From SAR202 cluster bacterium (GTDB taxonomy: Bacteria; Chloroflexota; Dehalococcoidia; Lucifugimonadales; GCA-2712585), in NCBI GenBank assembly GCA_016872285.1, contig VGZZ01000001.1:101536-165535 (forward strand): DNA of 64,000 bases, read 5' to 3'. Below the pieces are notes generated by a model, which had not been told where the DNA came from, ran no database searches, and saw only the letters and a program-made list of their open reading frames with translations. Positions 38,055 through 47,797 of the stretch are shown one piece after another. The position numbers and the translations under genes are program-made. Position 1 is the first letter of the stretch, and the number at the start of each line of letters is the position of its first letter.

Positions 38055-38195
38055 CTTCAGGTACCCCCTCTTCTCCTATTGCAAAGGAGAAGAGGGGGAT
38101 AGGGGGTGATGAGGTGATCTTATTTTTCTTTCCCTCTTCTCCCGACTACGGAAGAAGAGGGACTAAGGGTGATGAGGGTGCCCGCTTAAAAACAA
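38055..38195 (+). repeat. Mosaic hairpin repeat R7 (A module + B module)
   Basis: The A hairpin is identical to that of R5. It is followed by GGGGGTGATGAGGTGATC and CCCTCTTCTCCCgactacGGAAGAAGAGGGactaaGGGTGATGAGGGTG. Confidence 0.85.
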
Positions 38196-38295
38196 CCCTG
38201 GCTTTTTGCACAAACACAACCGCCCAAAAACAAAATCGCTCGCCCTATTATTTTCTCAGGCGAGCGACTTATTGCTTTCGTCTAATGGAGAGACC

Positions 38296-38571
38296 CTATC
38301 CCCCGGCCACCGCCGGCACAATGCTCACCTCATCCCCCGCCTTCGTCGCAGTCTTCAGTCCCTTCAAGAACCGCACGTCCTCGCCGTTGAGATAAATATT
38401 CACAAAGTACCTTAGCTCCCCGCCTTCATCCACCAGCCGCTCCTTGAACCCCGGGTAGCTCGTTTCCAGATGCTCAATCATCTCTGACACCGTCGTCACC
38501 GACACGTCCAGCTTATCCTGCCCCTTAGTCAGCCTTCGCAGCGGTGTTGGTATTCGGACCATGACTCCCAT
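38296..38571 (-). CDS. MoaD/ThiS-family sulfur-carrier protein (C-terminal Gly-Gly)
   Basis: 91 aa ending ...SIVPAVAGG-stop. The ATG at 38571 lies 9 nt after AAGGAGG. Confidence 0.75.
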   Translation of the reverse strand: MGVMVRIPTPLRRLTKGQDKLDVSVTTVSEMIEHLETSYPGFKERLVDEGGELRYFVNIYLNGEDVRFLKGLKTATKAGDEVSIVPAVAGG

Positions 38572-38608
38572 TATCAGACGCCTCCTTGCTTCCAGAACCA
38601 ATTCAAGG

Positions 38609-38851
38609 TTAACCTTCCACCACGTCGCCCGCAACCGGGTCCACTCGCACGCCCTGGGCCTTCACCCACTGCAGGCCGTGACTTATATCCTCCTGGTCCC
38701 CCTCCAGCTCCAGCACCACCCATCCCATGTCATCCCGCACGTCCGCCCGGCGAATATTCGTGACCACGTTAAACTGCCTGCCCAACTCAAATATTACCGG
38801 CTTGGTCACCAGCGCCTTCTCGTACGTGAACTTCACCCTCTGCTTCGACAT
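38609..38851 (-). CDS. Stand-alone NIL-domain protein
   Basis: 80 aa. KPVIFELGRQFNVVTNIRRADV...GWVVLELEG resembles the NIL domain of the MetN C-termini. Confidence 0.65.
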   Translation of the reverse strand: MSKQRVKFTYEKALVTKPVIFELGRQFNVVTNIRRADVRDDMGWVVLELEGDQEDISHGLQWVKAQGVRVDPVAGDVVEG

Positions 38852-38858
38852 ATCCGGC

Positions 38859-40100
38859 CTACCGCCCCGCCGCCGTCGCGCCGTGCAGCGCCGCCTCGAA
38901 CTCTTTCATCGTCGGCTTGATGCTCAAGGGACGGACCACGTCCTTGACGACTTCCTGGGTCTTGAGACCGTTGCCCGTTATATACGCCACTACTACGTCC
39001 TCGCGACGGAAGGCGCCCTTCTTCGCCAGCGCCTTTAACGACGATACTACCACACCGCCCGCCGTTTCGGTGAAGATACCCTCCGTCTCCGCCAAAAGCC
39101 TCATACCCTCCTCTACTTCCTCCTCCCGAATGGCATGCGCGCCGCCTTTGGACTGCTTCATGGTGCGAATGGCATATACCCCGTCCGCCGGATTGCCGAT
39201 GGCCAGCGACTTGGCGATTGAATTGGGCCGCACAGGCTTCACAATCTCCTCCCCTGCCAGGAACGTGTCCACCACTGGCGAACATCCCCGCGCCTGCGCC
39301 GCGTACATCCTGGTATGCACCGGCCCCTTCACCAGCCCCACCGTCACCAGCTCGTTGAACCCTCGATATATCTTCGTCAGCAGCGCCCCTGACGCCACCG
39401 GCACCACCGCGTGGTCGGGGAAACGCCATCCCAACTGCTCCGCCACCTCCAGCCCCAGGGTCTTGCTCCCCTCGGCATAGAAGGGCCGCATATTTACATT
39501 CACAAACGCCCACCGGTAAGAGTCGGCAATCTCGCTGCACAGCCGGTTTACATCGTCATAATTGCCCTGCACTGCCATCACCGTCGGCCCGTAAATGGCT
39601 GCCCCAATAACCTTCCCCACCTCCAGGTCCGCCGGTATAAACACCACCGCCTTCATCCCCGCCCACGCGGCGTGGGCCGCCACCGAACACGCCAGGTTCC
39701 CCGTAGACGCGCAGCTCAGCGTGTCGAATTCAAACTCCAGCGCCTTCGTCGCCGCCACCGACACCACCCTGTCTTTGAACGAGTAGGACGGGTTGACGCT
39801 GTCGTTCTTGATATAAAGGTTGTCCAGCCCCAGCATCCGTCCTAAGTTCTTGGACTTTATCAGAGGCGTGAAGCCGGCATGAATATCCACGGCGTTGGCC
39901 GCATCCACTGGCAGAAAGTCCTGGTACCGCCATATGGTCAGCGGCCCCTCCGCAATGCGCTTCCGGCTCGTCGCCTTGGCTATCGACTTGTAGTCGTACA
40001 CCACTTCCAGAGGGCCAAAGCAGAAGTCGCAGACGTTCACCGGCTCCACCGGATAGTCGCGACCGCATTCCCTGCATCTCAGACCGGTAACAAAGGACAC
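38859..40100 (-). CDS. Threonine-synthase-like PLP enzyme with N-terminal zinc ribbon
   Basis: CRECG...CDFCFG ribbon and the PLP-lysine motif SFKDR. The GTG at 40100, 9 nt after GGAGG, is preferred over the upstream TTG. Confidence 0.8.
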   Translation of the reverse strand: MSFVTGLRCRECGRDYPVEPVNVCDFCFGPLEVVYDYKSIAKATSRKRIAEGPLTIWRYQDFLPVDAANAVDIHAGFTPLIKSKNLGRMLGLDNLYIKNDSVNPSYSFKDRVVSVAATKALEFEFDTLSCASTGNLACSVAAHAAWAGMKAVVFIPADLEVGKVIGAAIYGPTVMAVQGNYDDVNRLCSEIADSYRWAFVNVNMRPFYAEGSKTLGLEVAEQLGWRFPDHAVVPVASGALLTKIYRGFNELVTVGLVKGPVHTRMYAAQARGCSPVVDTFLAGEEIVKPVRPNSIAKSLAIGNPADGVYAIRTMKQSKGGAHAIREEEVEEGMRLLAETEGIFTETAGGVVVSSLKALAKKGAFRREDVVVAYITGNGLKTQEVVKDVVRPLSIKPTMKEFEAALHGATAAGR

Positions 40101-40388
40101 CTGCCTAAGCCTCCGTGGATTAAAAACAGGGCCGTCTATGCCGAGCAGCCCTTCCGCAAATGTTAACAAAGGCCTCCTGTACTGTCAACGTAAACGGCCT
40201 CCATTGCATCCCCGCACAAGTCCCTAGCTAAGATAGCTAAAATCTCAATCTAATTATGTAAAACCGTTCCGCCTCTACCGCCATATTATCTTTACAAACC
40301 GCATTTGCATAGCCACGCAGGAGGCTGAGGACCAACGGGTTTCCTCCTTGGCCCTGCCTCTCCTCCTGCAGCTACCTCCCCCCAAAGC

Positions 40389-40427
40389 GCCCCCGGCCTG
40401 GGAGAAAGGCCGGGGGCCTTTTATTTT
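40389..40427 (+). terminator. Plus-strand intrinsic terminator with no annotated plus-strand gene upstream
   Basis: 10-bp stem GCCCCCGGCC/GGCCGGGGGC followed by CTTTTATTTT. The T-tail is good only in the plus orientation. Confidence 0.5.
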
Positions 40428-40436
40428 CCTCCCCAA

Positions 40437-40471
40437 ATAAAAAGCCCCCCGATTTGTCGGGGGGCTTTTTC
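40437..40471 (-). terminator. Terminator after hsp20 (bidirectional form)
   Basis: AAAAA-GCCCCCCGA-tttg-TCGGGGGGC-TTTTT. Confidence 0.7.
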
Positions 40472-40499
40472 ATGGTTGCTAGCGATCCCAAAGACAAAC

Positions 40500-40958
40500 T
40501 TATTCCTTGCTCTCAAGAACCTTGCCCTCGTTAGGCACGTTCACCTTAAGCTGTTTCGCTTTCTTGGACTCCATCTTCGGAAAGGACAGCTTCAGCACGC
40601 CGTTCTCGTAGGTCGTCTTAGCCCTTTCCGTGTCCACGGTATCCGGCAGCCTCAAGGATCGATAGAAGGACCCGAACCGGCGCTCCCTCATCAGGTAATC
40701 GCCCTCCTTGCCCTCCTTCTCCTCCTTAGTCTCAGCGCGAATGGTCAGGACGTTGTTCTCCACCATCACGTTGATGTTCTCCGGCTTCACGCCGGGGACG
40801 GAAGCATGGATTACAATGTTATCCCCTTCCTCCATCACGTCCAGCGGCAGCGCCCACGCCTCGTTCCCACCATCCGACGTGAAACCTCGCCATAAACGGT
40901 TCATATTCTCTTCCATCCGGCGAAGTTCTGTGAACGGGTCCCATCGCATAAGAGTCAT
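40500..40958 (-). CDS. Small heat-shock protein (Hsp20/alpha-crystallin)
   Basis: The alpha-crystallin domain includes LPLDVMEEGDNIVIHASVPG. ATG at 40958 follows GGAGTGGAGG. Confidence 0.9.
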   Translation of the reverse strand: MTLMRWDPFTELRRMEENMNRLWRGFTSDGGNEAWALPLDVMEEGDNIVIHASVPGVKPENINVMVENNVLTIRAETKEEKEGKEGDYLMRERRFGSFYRSLRLPDTVDTERAKTTYENGVLKLSFPKMESKKAKQLKVNVPNEGKVLESKE

Positions 40959-41035
40959 GACACACCTCCACTCCAAAAGGTTTCTTTGTTTTTATTCCAG
41001 GACTACTTGCTGGTATTGACCATTCTAAGAATAAA

Positions 41036-41064
41036 ATTCTAGAAACTTAAGCCTCTTTAGTCAA
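41036..41064 (-). promoter_or_regulatory. Candidate hsp20 promoter
   Basis: On the minus strand: TTGACT (41064-41059), a 17-nt spacer, then TAGAAT (41041-41036). Confidence 0.45.
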
Positions 41065-41115
41065 GTATCTTATAGCAAGCAGCAAGCAATGCTAATAGAC
41101 TAAGCCAAGTTATAC

Positions 41116-41145
41116 TTGATTAATTATTGTAAAGTTTTATATAAT
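41116..41145 (+). promoter_or_regulatory. Candidate dnaJ-hspR promoter
   Basis: TTGATT (41116-41121), an 18-nt spacer, then TATAAT (41140-41145). The ATG at 41171 follows GGAG. Confidence 0.45.
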
Positions 41146-41170
41146 GTAGCCCTTAGGGTTTGGAGTCCTA

Positions 41171-42085
41171 ATGGCTAACTATTATCAAATATTGGGCGTT
41201 GATTCCAAGGCTTCGGACCCAGACATCCGCAAGGCCTATCGCAAGCTCGCCCGCAAGTACCACCCCGACGTCAACCCCAACGACAAGGCTGCGGAAGCCC
41301 GCTTCAAGCAGATCAACGAAGCCTATGAGGTCCTCTCCGACCCCGAAAATCGCCGCAAGTATGATCAGTACGGCGACAACTGGAAGCACGCCGACCGTAT
41401 GGACCAGGCCCGCCAGGCCGGCTACCAGCGCTCCCGCCCCGGCGCCGGACCTGAAGGCTTCACCTATACCTGGACCACCCAGGGCCCCGGCAGCCAGCGC
41501 TCTCCCGGCGCTAATTTCGGCGATATTTTCGAGGAGTTCTTCGGCAAACAAGGCAGGACCCCTGCCGCAGCCGAGCCTATCGAAGTCCCCGCCGAAATCT
41601 CCCTTGATGAGGCCGCCCAGGGCGCCACCCGTCACATTCAGGTCCCCACCGATGGCTCTACCCGCCAGCAGCGCCTCGAGGTGAAAATACCCCCCGGCGT
41701 CGATACCGGCTCCCGGGTCCGCATCGCCTCCGGCGATGGCCGCCGCCAGGACATATATCTAGTCATCAACGTTGTGTCTCACCCCAGGTTTCAGCGTGAA
41801 GGCTCAGACCTCCGCACAGAAATCGAGGTCCCCATGACCGACGCCGTCTTGGGCAGCGAGGTCACCGTTCCTACCCTCACCGGCAGGGTTGCCCTGAAAA
41901 TCCCGCCCGAGACCCAGAACGGCCAGGTCTTCCGCCTGGGAGGCCAGGGTATGCCCCGCCTTAACAACCCCACCCAAAAAGGCGACCTCTTAGCCAGGGT
42001 GAAAGTGCTCCTCCCCAAAAGCCTCAGCCAGGAGGAACGCCAGCTTTTCCAAAAGCTTAAGGAACTACGTTCAGTGAAGAGGTAG
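41171..42085 (+). CDS. dnaJ: J-domain co-chaperone lacking the Cys-rich zinc-finger region (CbpA/DnaJ-like)
   Basis: J domain with HPD (KYHPDVN). It has a G/F-like region and a C-terminal substrate-binding domain, but no CxxCxGxG repeats. Confidence 0.85.
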   Translation: MANYYQILGVDSKASDPDIRKAYRKLARKYHPDVNPNDKAAEARFKQINEAYEVLSDPENRRKYDQYGDNWKHADRMDQARQAGYQRSRPGAGPEGFTYTWTTQGPGSQRSPGANFGDIFEEFFGKQGRTPAAAEPIEVPAEISLDEAAQGATRHIQVPTDGSTRQQRLEVKIPPGVDTGSRVRIASGDGRRQDIYLVINVVSHPRFQREGSDLRTEIEVPMTDAVLGSEVTVPTLTGRVALKIPPETQNGQVFRLGGQGMPRLNNPTQKGDLLARVKVLLPKSLSQEERQLFQKLKELRSVKR

Positions 42086-42089
42086 CCCC

Positions 42090-42461
42090 GTGATAGAAAA
42101 TATGGATAGCAACCTCAACGACATCGAACTCGATATTAGCTTGGAGCCTTGCTACGTCATAAGCGTGGCAGCGCGAATGGTCGGCCTCCACGCCCAGACC
42201 CTCCGTTACTACGAGCGCGCCGGCCTCTTAACTCCCTCCCGCTCCACTGGCCGCCAGCGACTCTACTCCGCCACCGACGTGGAACGCCTCAAGCGCATCC
42301 GCACCCTCACCGAGGAGATGGGCCTGAACCTCGCCGGCGTAGAAGTCGCCCTTCGCCTCATGGACCGGGTCAACGAAATGCAGCAGGAAATGTCCAGGCT
42401 CCTAGAAGAAGTAGCGCACCTCCGCCATCTCTCAACCGATGGCGACGAGGACAAATCTTAA
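42090..42461 (+). CDS. hspR: MerR-family heat-shock regulator (HspR-like)
   Basis: HTH YVISVAARMVGLHAQTLRYYERAGLLTPSR. It lies directly downstream of dnaJ, as in HspR operons. Confidence 0.8.
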   Translation: MIENMDSNLNDIELDISLEPCYVISVAARMVGLHAQTLRYYERAGLLTPSRSTGRQRLYSATDVERLKRIRTLTEEMGLNLAGVEVALRLMDRVNEMQQEMSRLLEEVAHLRHLSTDGDEDKS

Positions 42462-42534
42462 ATCTGGCGTCACATCGTGGAAGGGAAAATTTTGTGGAGA
42501 AACTCGACATTTGCAAGGAAGGCAGGGATGTCCC

Positions 42535-42690
42535 GTCTGGTTCCCCTTCTTCTCCTTTTGAAAAGGAGAAGAAGGGGCTAGAGCCTGTCCTGAGCTTGCC
42601 GAAGGAGGATGATGAGGTGATCCTATTTTTCTTCCCCTTCCAGCAGGAAGGGAATTAAGGGGATGGTATCTCGAATGAATACAGGGCTGG
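42535..42690 (+). repeat. Mosaic hairpin repeat R8 (A-variant + C module)
   Basis: CCCCTTCTTCTCCttttgaaaaGGAGAAGAAGGGG, GCCGAAGGAGGATGATGAGGTGATCC and CTTCCCCTTCCagcaGGAAGGGAattaaGGGGATGGTATCTC. Confidence 0.85.
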
Positions 42691-42723
42691 CATCTTAGGC
42701 TAACCCTCAGGAGGATTAATAGA

Positions 42724-45183
42724 ATGGTTCTAAGACCAGAACAATTTACTGAAGCCGCCCGGGACGCCCTCGGAGCCTCCCAGGAGCTTATGGTTCGTTA
42801 CCGCCACAACCAGTGGGACGTGGAGCACGTCCTTCTCGCCCTTCTCCAGCAAGACAAAGGCCTAGCCAGCGACATACTGCGCCAGATGGGCGTGGACGCC
42901 GGCTCCCTGAGATCCCAAATGGAACGCGTTCTCGACCAGGCCCCCAAGCTGGCATCCCCGTCCACCCAGATCTACAGCACGCCTCGCCTCGCACGCCTCA
43001 TGGAAAACGCCAAGGCCGAAGCAGACCGCCTCAAGGACGAGTTTGTCGGCGTTGAGCATCTCCTGGTCGCCGCCGCTATGGAAGACCAGGGTCCCGCCGC
43101 CTCCATCCTCAAGGCCCGTGGCATCACCACCGAAAAGCTCTACCAGGCCCTGGCCCAGGTCCGCGGCAGCCACCGCGTCACCGACCCCCGCGCCGAGAGC
43201 CGGTATCGTTCCCTCGAAAAGTACAGCGTCGACCTCACCGGGCTCGCCCGTCAGGGCAAGCTGGACCCCGTCGTTGGCCGTGAGGAGGAGATCCGGCGCG
43301 TTATGCAGACCCTCACCCGCCGCAAGAAAAACAACCCCGTCATCATCGGCGAGGCCGGCGTCGGCAAGACCGCCATCGCCGAAGGTCTGGCCCAGCGCAT
43401 CGTTGCCGAGGACGTCCCTGATGCCCTCAAAGGCAGGCGCGTTATGGCCCTGGACATGGGTGCCCTCGTCGCCGGCAGCAAGTTCCGCGGCGAATTCGAG
43501 GAGCGCCTCAAGGCTGTCATCGACGAGGTCAAAGTCTCCCAGGGTGAAGTCATTCTCTTCATAGACGAGATTCATACCATGGTCGGCGCCGGCGGCGCCG
43601 AAGGCGCCATCGACGCCAGCAACCTCCTCAAACCCGCTCTCGCCCGTGGCGAGCTCCAGTGCATAGGCGCTACCACCCTGGACGAGTACCGGAAGCACAT
43701 CGAAAAAGATGCCGCCCTGGAGCGCCGCTTCCAGCCCGTGTTCCTGGACGAGCCCTCCGTGGATGACACCATTCAGATCCTCCGCGCCCTGCGGCCTAAA
43801 TACGAAGCCCATCACAAGGTCAAAATCGACGACTCCGCCCTGGAGGCCGCCGCCCGCCTCAGTCAGCGTTACATCACCGAGCGTCATCTCCCCGACAAGG
43901 CCATTGACCTCCTGGACGAGGCCGCCGCCAAGCTGCGCCTGGACGCCGAAAGCCTTCCCTCCCATCTCCAGGAAAAGGAGCGCAGCCTTCAGGACCTCCG
44001 GAACCAGGAAGAGGCCGCCTCCCAGCGCGGCGATTATGAGTCCTCCGCTAAGTACCGCACCGAGCGTGTCCGCCTGGAAGGGACTTTTAATAAGGAGCGC
44101 GAGGCCTGGTTCAAGGACAAGAAGACAGACATGGTCGTGGACGCTCAGGACATCGCCCGGCTAATCCATAGCTGGACCGGCATTCAGGTCGCCCAGTTGC
44201 TGGAGACCGAGAAGGATAAGCTGCTTAACATGGAAGAGCGCCTTCACGCCCGCATCGTCGGCCAGGAAGACGCCGTCCGCGCCATCTCTGAAGCTATCCG
44301 ACGCGCCCGCTCCGGCCTCAAAGACCCCAAGCGGCCTATCGGCAGCTTCATCTTCCTCGGCCCCACCGGCGTCGGCAAGACCGAATTGGCCCGCGCCCTC
44401 GCCCAGTACCTCTTCGACGACGACGAAGCTATGGTGCGCCTCGACATGTCCGAGTACATGGAGAAGCATACCGTCTCCCGCCTCATCGGCGCGCCTCCCG
44501 GCTACGTCGGCTACGACGAGGGCGGCCAGCTTACCGAGACTGTCCGCCGCCGCCCCTTCCGCGTCATCCTTTTCGACGAAATCGAAAAGGCCCACCCGGA
44601 CGTCTTCAACATCCTGCTGCAGATTCTTGAGGATGGCCGCCTCACCGACGGTCAGGGCAGGACAGTAGACTTTCGCAACACTGTCATTATCATGACCAGC
44701 AACCTCGGCACCCAGGCCATCGCCCACCAGCCCGTCGGCTTCAAGCTGGACGGCAGGGCCCGCTCCATCATGGACGAAGAGCGCCTCCGCGCCTCCATCC
44801 GGGACGCCCTCCAACGGCAGTTCCGCCCTGAGTTCCTCAACCGTATAGATGAGATCATCATCTTCAACCCCCTCACCCAGGAGCAGATCAAACAAATCGT
44901 TAAGCTCCTGGCTAAAGAGGTTCAGGAGCGGCTGTCCGAGCAGAAGATCACCTTCGAGCTGACCAGCGCCGCCGAAGACTGGCTCGTCAAAGAAGGCTAC
45001 GACCCCGTCTACGGCGCCCGCCCCCTGCGCCGTGCCCTCCAGCGCCACGTGGAAAACCCCCTGGCCCGCCAGCTCCTCGCCGGCGAGATCTCGGAAGGCA
45101 ACCACGTCGTCGTCGACGTCAAGGACGGCAACCTCACCTTCACCAAAGCCGCCGCTCCCGTCCCTGCTTCCGCCGCCAGTTAG
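42724..45183 (+). CDS. clpB: ATP-dependent chaperone ClpB
   Basis: Clp N domain, two AAA modules ([16 protein letters not shown]) and a long middle coiled coil. Confidence 0.95.
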   Translation: MVLRPEQFTEAARDALGASQELMVRYRHNQWDVEHVLLALLQQDKGLASDILRQMGVDAGSLRSQMERVLDQAPKLASPSTQIYSTPRLARLMENAKAEADRLKDEFVGVEHLLVAAAMEDQGPAASILKARGITTEKLYQALAQVRGSHRVTDPRAESRYRSLEKYSVDLTGLARQGKLDPVVGREEEIRRVMQTLTRRKKNNPVIIGEAGVGKTAIAEGLAQRIVAEDVPDALKGRRVMALDMGALVAGSKFRGEFEERLKAVIDEVKVSQGEVILFIDEIHTMVGAGGAEGAIDASNLLKPALARGELQCIGATTLDEYRKHIEKDAALERRFQPVFLDEPSVDDTIQILRALRPKYEAHHKVKIDDSALEAAARLSQRYITERHLPDKAIDLLDEAAAKLRLDAESLPSHLQEKERSLQDLRNQEEAASQRGDYESSAKYRTERVRLEGTFNKEREAWFKDKKTDMVVDAQDIARLIHSWTGIQVAQLLETEKDKLLNMEERLHARIVGQEDAVRAISEAIRRARSGLKDPKRPIGSFIFLGPTGVGKTELARALAQYLFDDDEAMVRLDMSEYMEKHTVSRLIGAPPGYVGYDEGGQLTETVRRRPFRVILFDEIEKAHPDVFNILLQILEDGRLTDGQGRTVDFRNTVIIMTSNLGTQAIAHQPVGFKLDGRARSIMDEERLRASIRDALQRQFRPEFLNRIDEIIIFNPLTQEQIKQIVKLLAKEVQERLSEQKITFELTSAAEDWLVKEGYDPVYGARPLRRALQRHVENPLARQLLAGEISEGNHVVVDVKDGNLTFTKAAAPVPASAAS

Positions 45184-45205
45184 CCTCCCACAAGGCATAC
45201 CTAGT

Positions 45206-45240
45206 AAAGGGCTCGGCCCAGGCCGAGCCCTTTACTTTCT
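45206..45240 (+). terminator. Intrinsic terminator after clpB
   Basis: AAAGGGCTCGGCC...GGCCGAGCCCTTT stem followed by ACTTTCT. Confidence 0.65.
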
Positions 45241-45344
45241 CTTCCTCTTCCAGCAGACATGTGATGCTCATTAAAGGAAGTTCCAAGCCTTCTTTTTCTT
45301 CTATGATGGCCTTGTTTATAGGAAGCTAGGAGCCTTTTGCACAG

Positions 45345-45510
45345 GCGGGGATAGGAGTCTCCTCAGGTCCTCCCCCTTCGGTCCGGAAGAGCCTGTCCCG
45401 AGTATCCCCCGAGGGACTAAGGGTGATGAGGGTACCCCGCTTATGACCGGGACTGTATTATCAATCACACACCAACGTGAAGGGGCCAGGGGATGGTATA
45501 CCATACTGCG
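45345..45510 (+). repeat. Mosaic hairpin repeat R9 (degenerate D/B/C modules)
   Basis: CTCCCCCTTCGGTCCGGAAGAGC, CCCGAGTATCCCCCGAGGGactaaGGGTGATGAGGGTACC and GGGGATGGTATACC. Confidence 0.7.
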
Positions 45511-45726
45511 TCAAACCTAACCTCTATCAAGTACAAGCCGTCATGATTCCGTTACCCTGAACACTCTGGTTGCCAGGATTGTACCTGTGCTATCCTTAAA
45601 ATACGCAAACACTCCACAAACTTCCTTTGCCTGGTGTCTAACACCTCCCTTTCCCAAATATCGCCCCCGCGCCTCCCTCAGAGCGCGACGCCAAGGCCGG
45701 AAGCATAGTGGAGGGACGGCTGTACA

Positions 45727-46773
45727 TTGATAGTCCGCACAATTAACGTCATCGCCTTCGCACTCCTGGGCTGGCGTATTGGCCTGCTCACGCCCTGGGT
45801 TTCCGACAGCGTTGACGGCTACCTCCCCTGGGGCCTCACCTTCACCCTCGGCGGCGGCGCCCTCGGCGGTCTCTTCGGCCCCTTCCTCACATTGCTCCTC
45901 CTCCGCAAGGCCCTGGAAGAGACCGGCAAGATACCCTCTTCCGCCATCATATCAGGCGCTGTTGGCCTCATCGCCGGCCTCGCCATCGCCGCTCTGGCCT
46001 CTATTCCCCTCTTCCAAATCGATGGCTGGCTTAGCTGGGTCCTCCCCCTCTCTCTCAGCGGCGTCCTCGGCGCCATAGGCCTTGCCCTGGGCCTCCAGCG
46101 CGAGCGTGAGTTTCGAGGCCTCGCCCCCGCCCCCAGTACTAAAGCCGGGGCTCCTCCTCTTTCCAGCAGGGCCAACGGACGGATCCTCGTCGACACCAGC
46201 GCCATCATCGACGGCCGCGTCGCCGATGTCACCAAGACCGGCTTCATCCGCGGCACTCTCGTCATCCCTAGATTTGTCCTCGATGAGCTTCGCCACATCG
46301 CCGACTCCAACGACCCTCTCCGCCGCACCCGAGGCCGCCGCGGCCTGGAAGTCCTCTCCCGTCTCAGTCGCGAGGGCGAGCTTCCCATCCAGGTCCTCGA
46401 GACCAAAGACATTAATGGCGCTGAGGTGGATTCCGAGCTTGTACACCTCGCCAAAAAGCTCAAAGCCCACATCCTCACCACAGATTTCAACCTGAACCGT
46501 GTCGCCGAGCTCCAGGGCATAAGCGTCCTCAACGTCAATGAACTCGCCAACGCCCTCAAACCCGTGGTCCTCCCCGGCGAGGAGCTGAGCATCAACATCG
46601 TTCAAGAAGGAAAAGAGCCCGGCCAGGGCGTCGCATTCCTGGACGACGGCACCATGGTAGTCGTTGAAGGCGGGCGTCGCTTTATCAATACCGTCCAGCA
46701 GGTGGCCGTCACCCGCGTCCTTCAGACCGCCGCCGGCCGCATCATCTTCGCCCAACCCCGCAGCGGATATTAG
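45727..46773 (+). CDS. Membrane-anchored PIN/TRAM-domain protein (YacL-like)
   Basis: Four N-terminal TM helices, a PIN-like core (ILVDTSAIIDGR) and a C-terminal TRAM-like barrel. TTG start follows GGAGGG. Confidence 0.8.
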   Translation: MIVRTINVIAFALLGWRIGLLTPWVSDSVDGYLPWGLTFTLGGGALGGLFGPFLTLLLLRKALEETGKIPSSAIISGAVGLIAGLAIAALASIPLFQIDGWLSWVLPLSLSGVLGAIGLALGLQREREFRGLAPAPSTKAGAPPLSSRANGRILVDTSAIIDGRVADVTKTGFIRGTLVIPRFVLDELRHIADSNDPLRRTRGRRGLEVLSRLSREGELPIQVLETKDINGAEVDSELVHLAKKLKAHILTTDFNLNRVAELQGISVLNVNELANALKPVVLPGEELSINIVQEGKEPGQGVAFLDDGTMVVVEGGRRFINTVQQVAVTRVLQTAAGRIIFAQPRSGY

Positions 46774-46845
46774 TGTCACGTCATTTCGAGCGTAGTCGAG
46801 AAATCTCAACGTGCCGAACGCCACTATTACACCTCATTTCAGTTG
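46774..46845 (+). repeat. E-family repeat E3, directly after the PIN/TRAM gene stop
   Basis: GTCACGTCATTTCGAGCGTAGTCGAGAAATCTCAACGTGCC. Confidence 0.75.
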
Positions 46846-46986
46846 CCAGTACCCCTTAAATTCATGTAGGGGCGATATCGCTCCACCATCGCGATTCTTC
46901 ATACAATGTGGAGGCTCAATTTATCGGCCCTCGCCCTTCCACCTATTTGCGTCCATTAAGCCCGTGTGTTAGGAGGCTCCTGCTAA

Positions 46987-47694
46987 ATGGACGCATCTCC
47001 CGCCCCCTCACGCAGCGTCGCCGCAGTCATCGTCGCCGCGGGCGAAAGTCGCCGCATGGCTGGCATAGACAAAATCTTCTCCTCCCTCAACGGCAAGCCC
47101 CTTATCGCTCATTCCCTGGAGGTCTTCTCCGCCTTTCCCGCCGTCGACCAAATAGTCCTGGTTCTCTCTCCTCAACGCCTCGCGGAAGCTGAAAAACTCC
47201 TCTTTCGTAACCAATATTCAAAACTCAAGGCCCTCTGCCCCGGCGGCGCACGGCGCCAGGACTCCGTCCTCGCCGGCCTCCAGCGCCTCGCCCCCTGCCA
47301 GTGGGTCATGGTCCACGACGGCGCCCGCCCCAACATAGACACCGCCCTCCTCCAGCGCGGCCTTGACGCCGCCGCCGAAACCGGTGCTGCCATCGCCGCC
47401 GTCTCCGCCAAGGACACCATCAAGCTGGTCGAAAAGGACGGGCTAGTCAAAGAAACGCCTCCACGAGAAAAACTCTATCAGGTGCAGACCCCCCAGGTTT
47501 TTCGCTATCCTCTCATCATGCAAGCCCACCAGCAATGCAAAAACGACTTCACTGACGACGGCGCCATGGTCGAAGCCCTAGGCCACCCCGTAAAAGTCTT
47601 CATGGGCTCCTACGCTAACCTCAAAGTCACCACCCCGGAAGACCTCCTGATACTGGAAGCCCTCATGCGAAAGTCCCGTTCTAAAGGTAGCTAA
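46987..47694 (+). CDS. ispD: 2-C-methyl-D-erythritol 4-phosphate cytidylyltransferase
   Basis: AVIVAAGESRRM N-terminal motif. AGGAGG lies 9 nt upstream. Confidence 0.9.
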   Translation: MDASPAPSRSVAAVIVAAGESRRMAGIDKIFSSLNGKPLIAHSLEVFSAFPAVDQIVLVLSPQRLAEAEKLLFRNQYSKLKALCPGGARRQDSVLAGLQRLAPCQWVMVHDGARPNIDTALLQRGLDAAAETGAAIAAVSAKDTIKLVEKDGLVKETPPREKLYQVQTPQVFRYPLIMQAHQQCKNDFTDDGAMVEALGHPVKVFMGSYANLKVTTPEDLLILEALMRKSRSKGS

Positions 47695-47749
47695 TGCTAG
47701 CCAGCCAAACGAGTTTAGTGACCATGAACGCATACGATACCAACCCCCT

Positions 47750-47797
47750 TTTTCCTTTCTCCTCCTTGATGGGGGAGAATAGAAGAGAGGGTGAAAC
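47750..47797 (+). repeat. Short hairpin repeat R10 (G-family)
   Basis: TTCTCCTCCttgatGGGGGAGAAtAGAAGAGAGGGTGAAAC. Related to 50093-50145. Confidence 0.65.

Noticed and set aside
40977-41170. Canonical HAIR (CTTGAGT-N7-ACTCAAG), CIRCE or CtsR boxes in the heat-shock intergenic region
   Set aside because: Only a partial half-site (AGTCAAG at 41059-41065) is present. There is no full inverted repeat with the right spacing.
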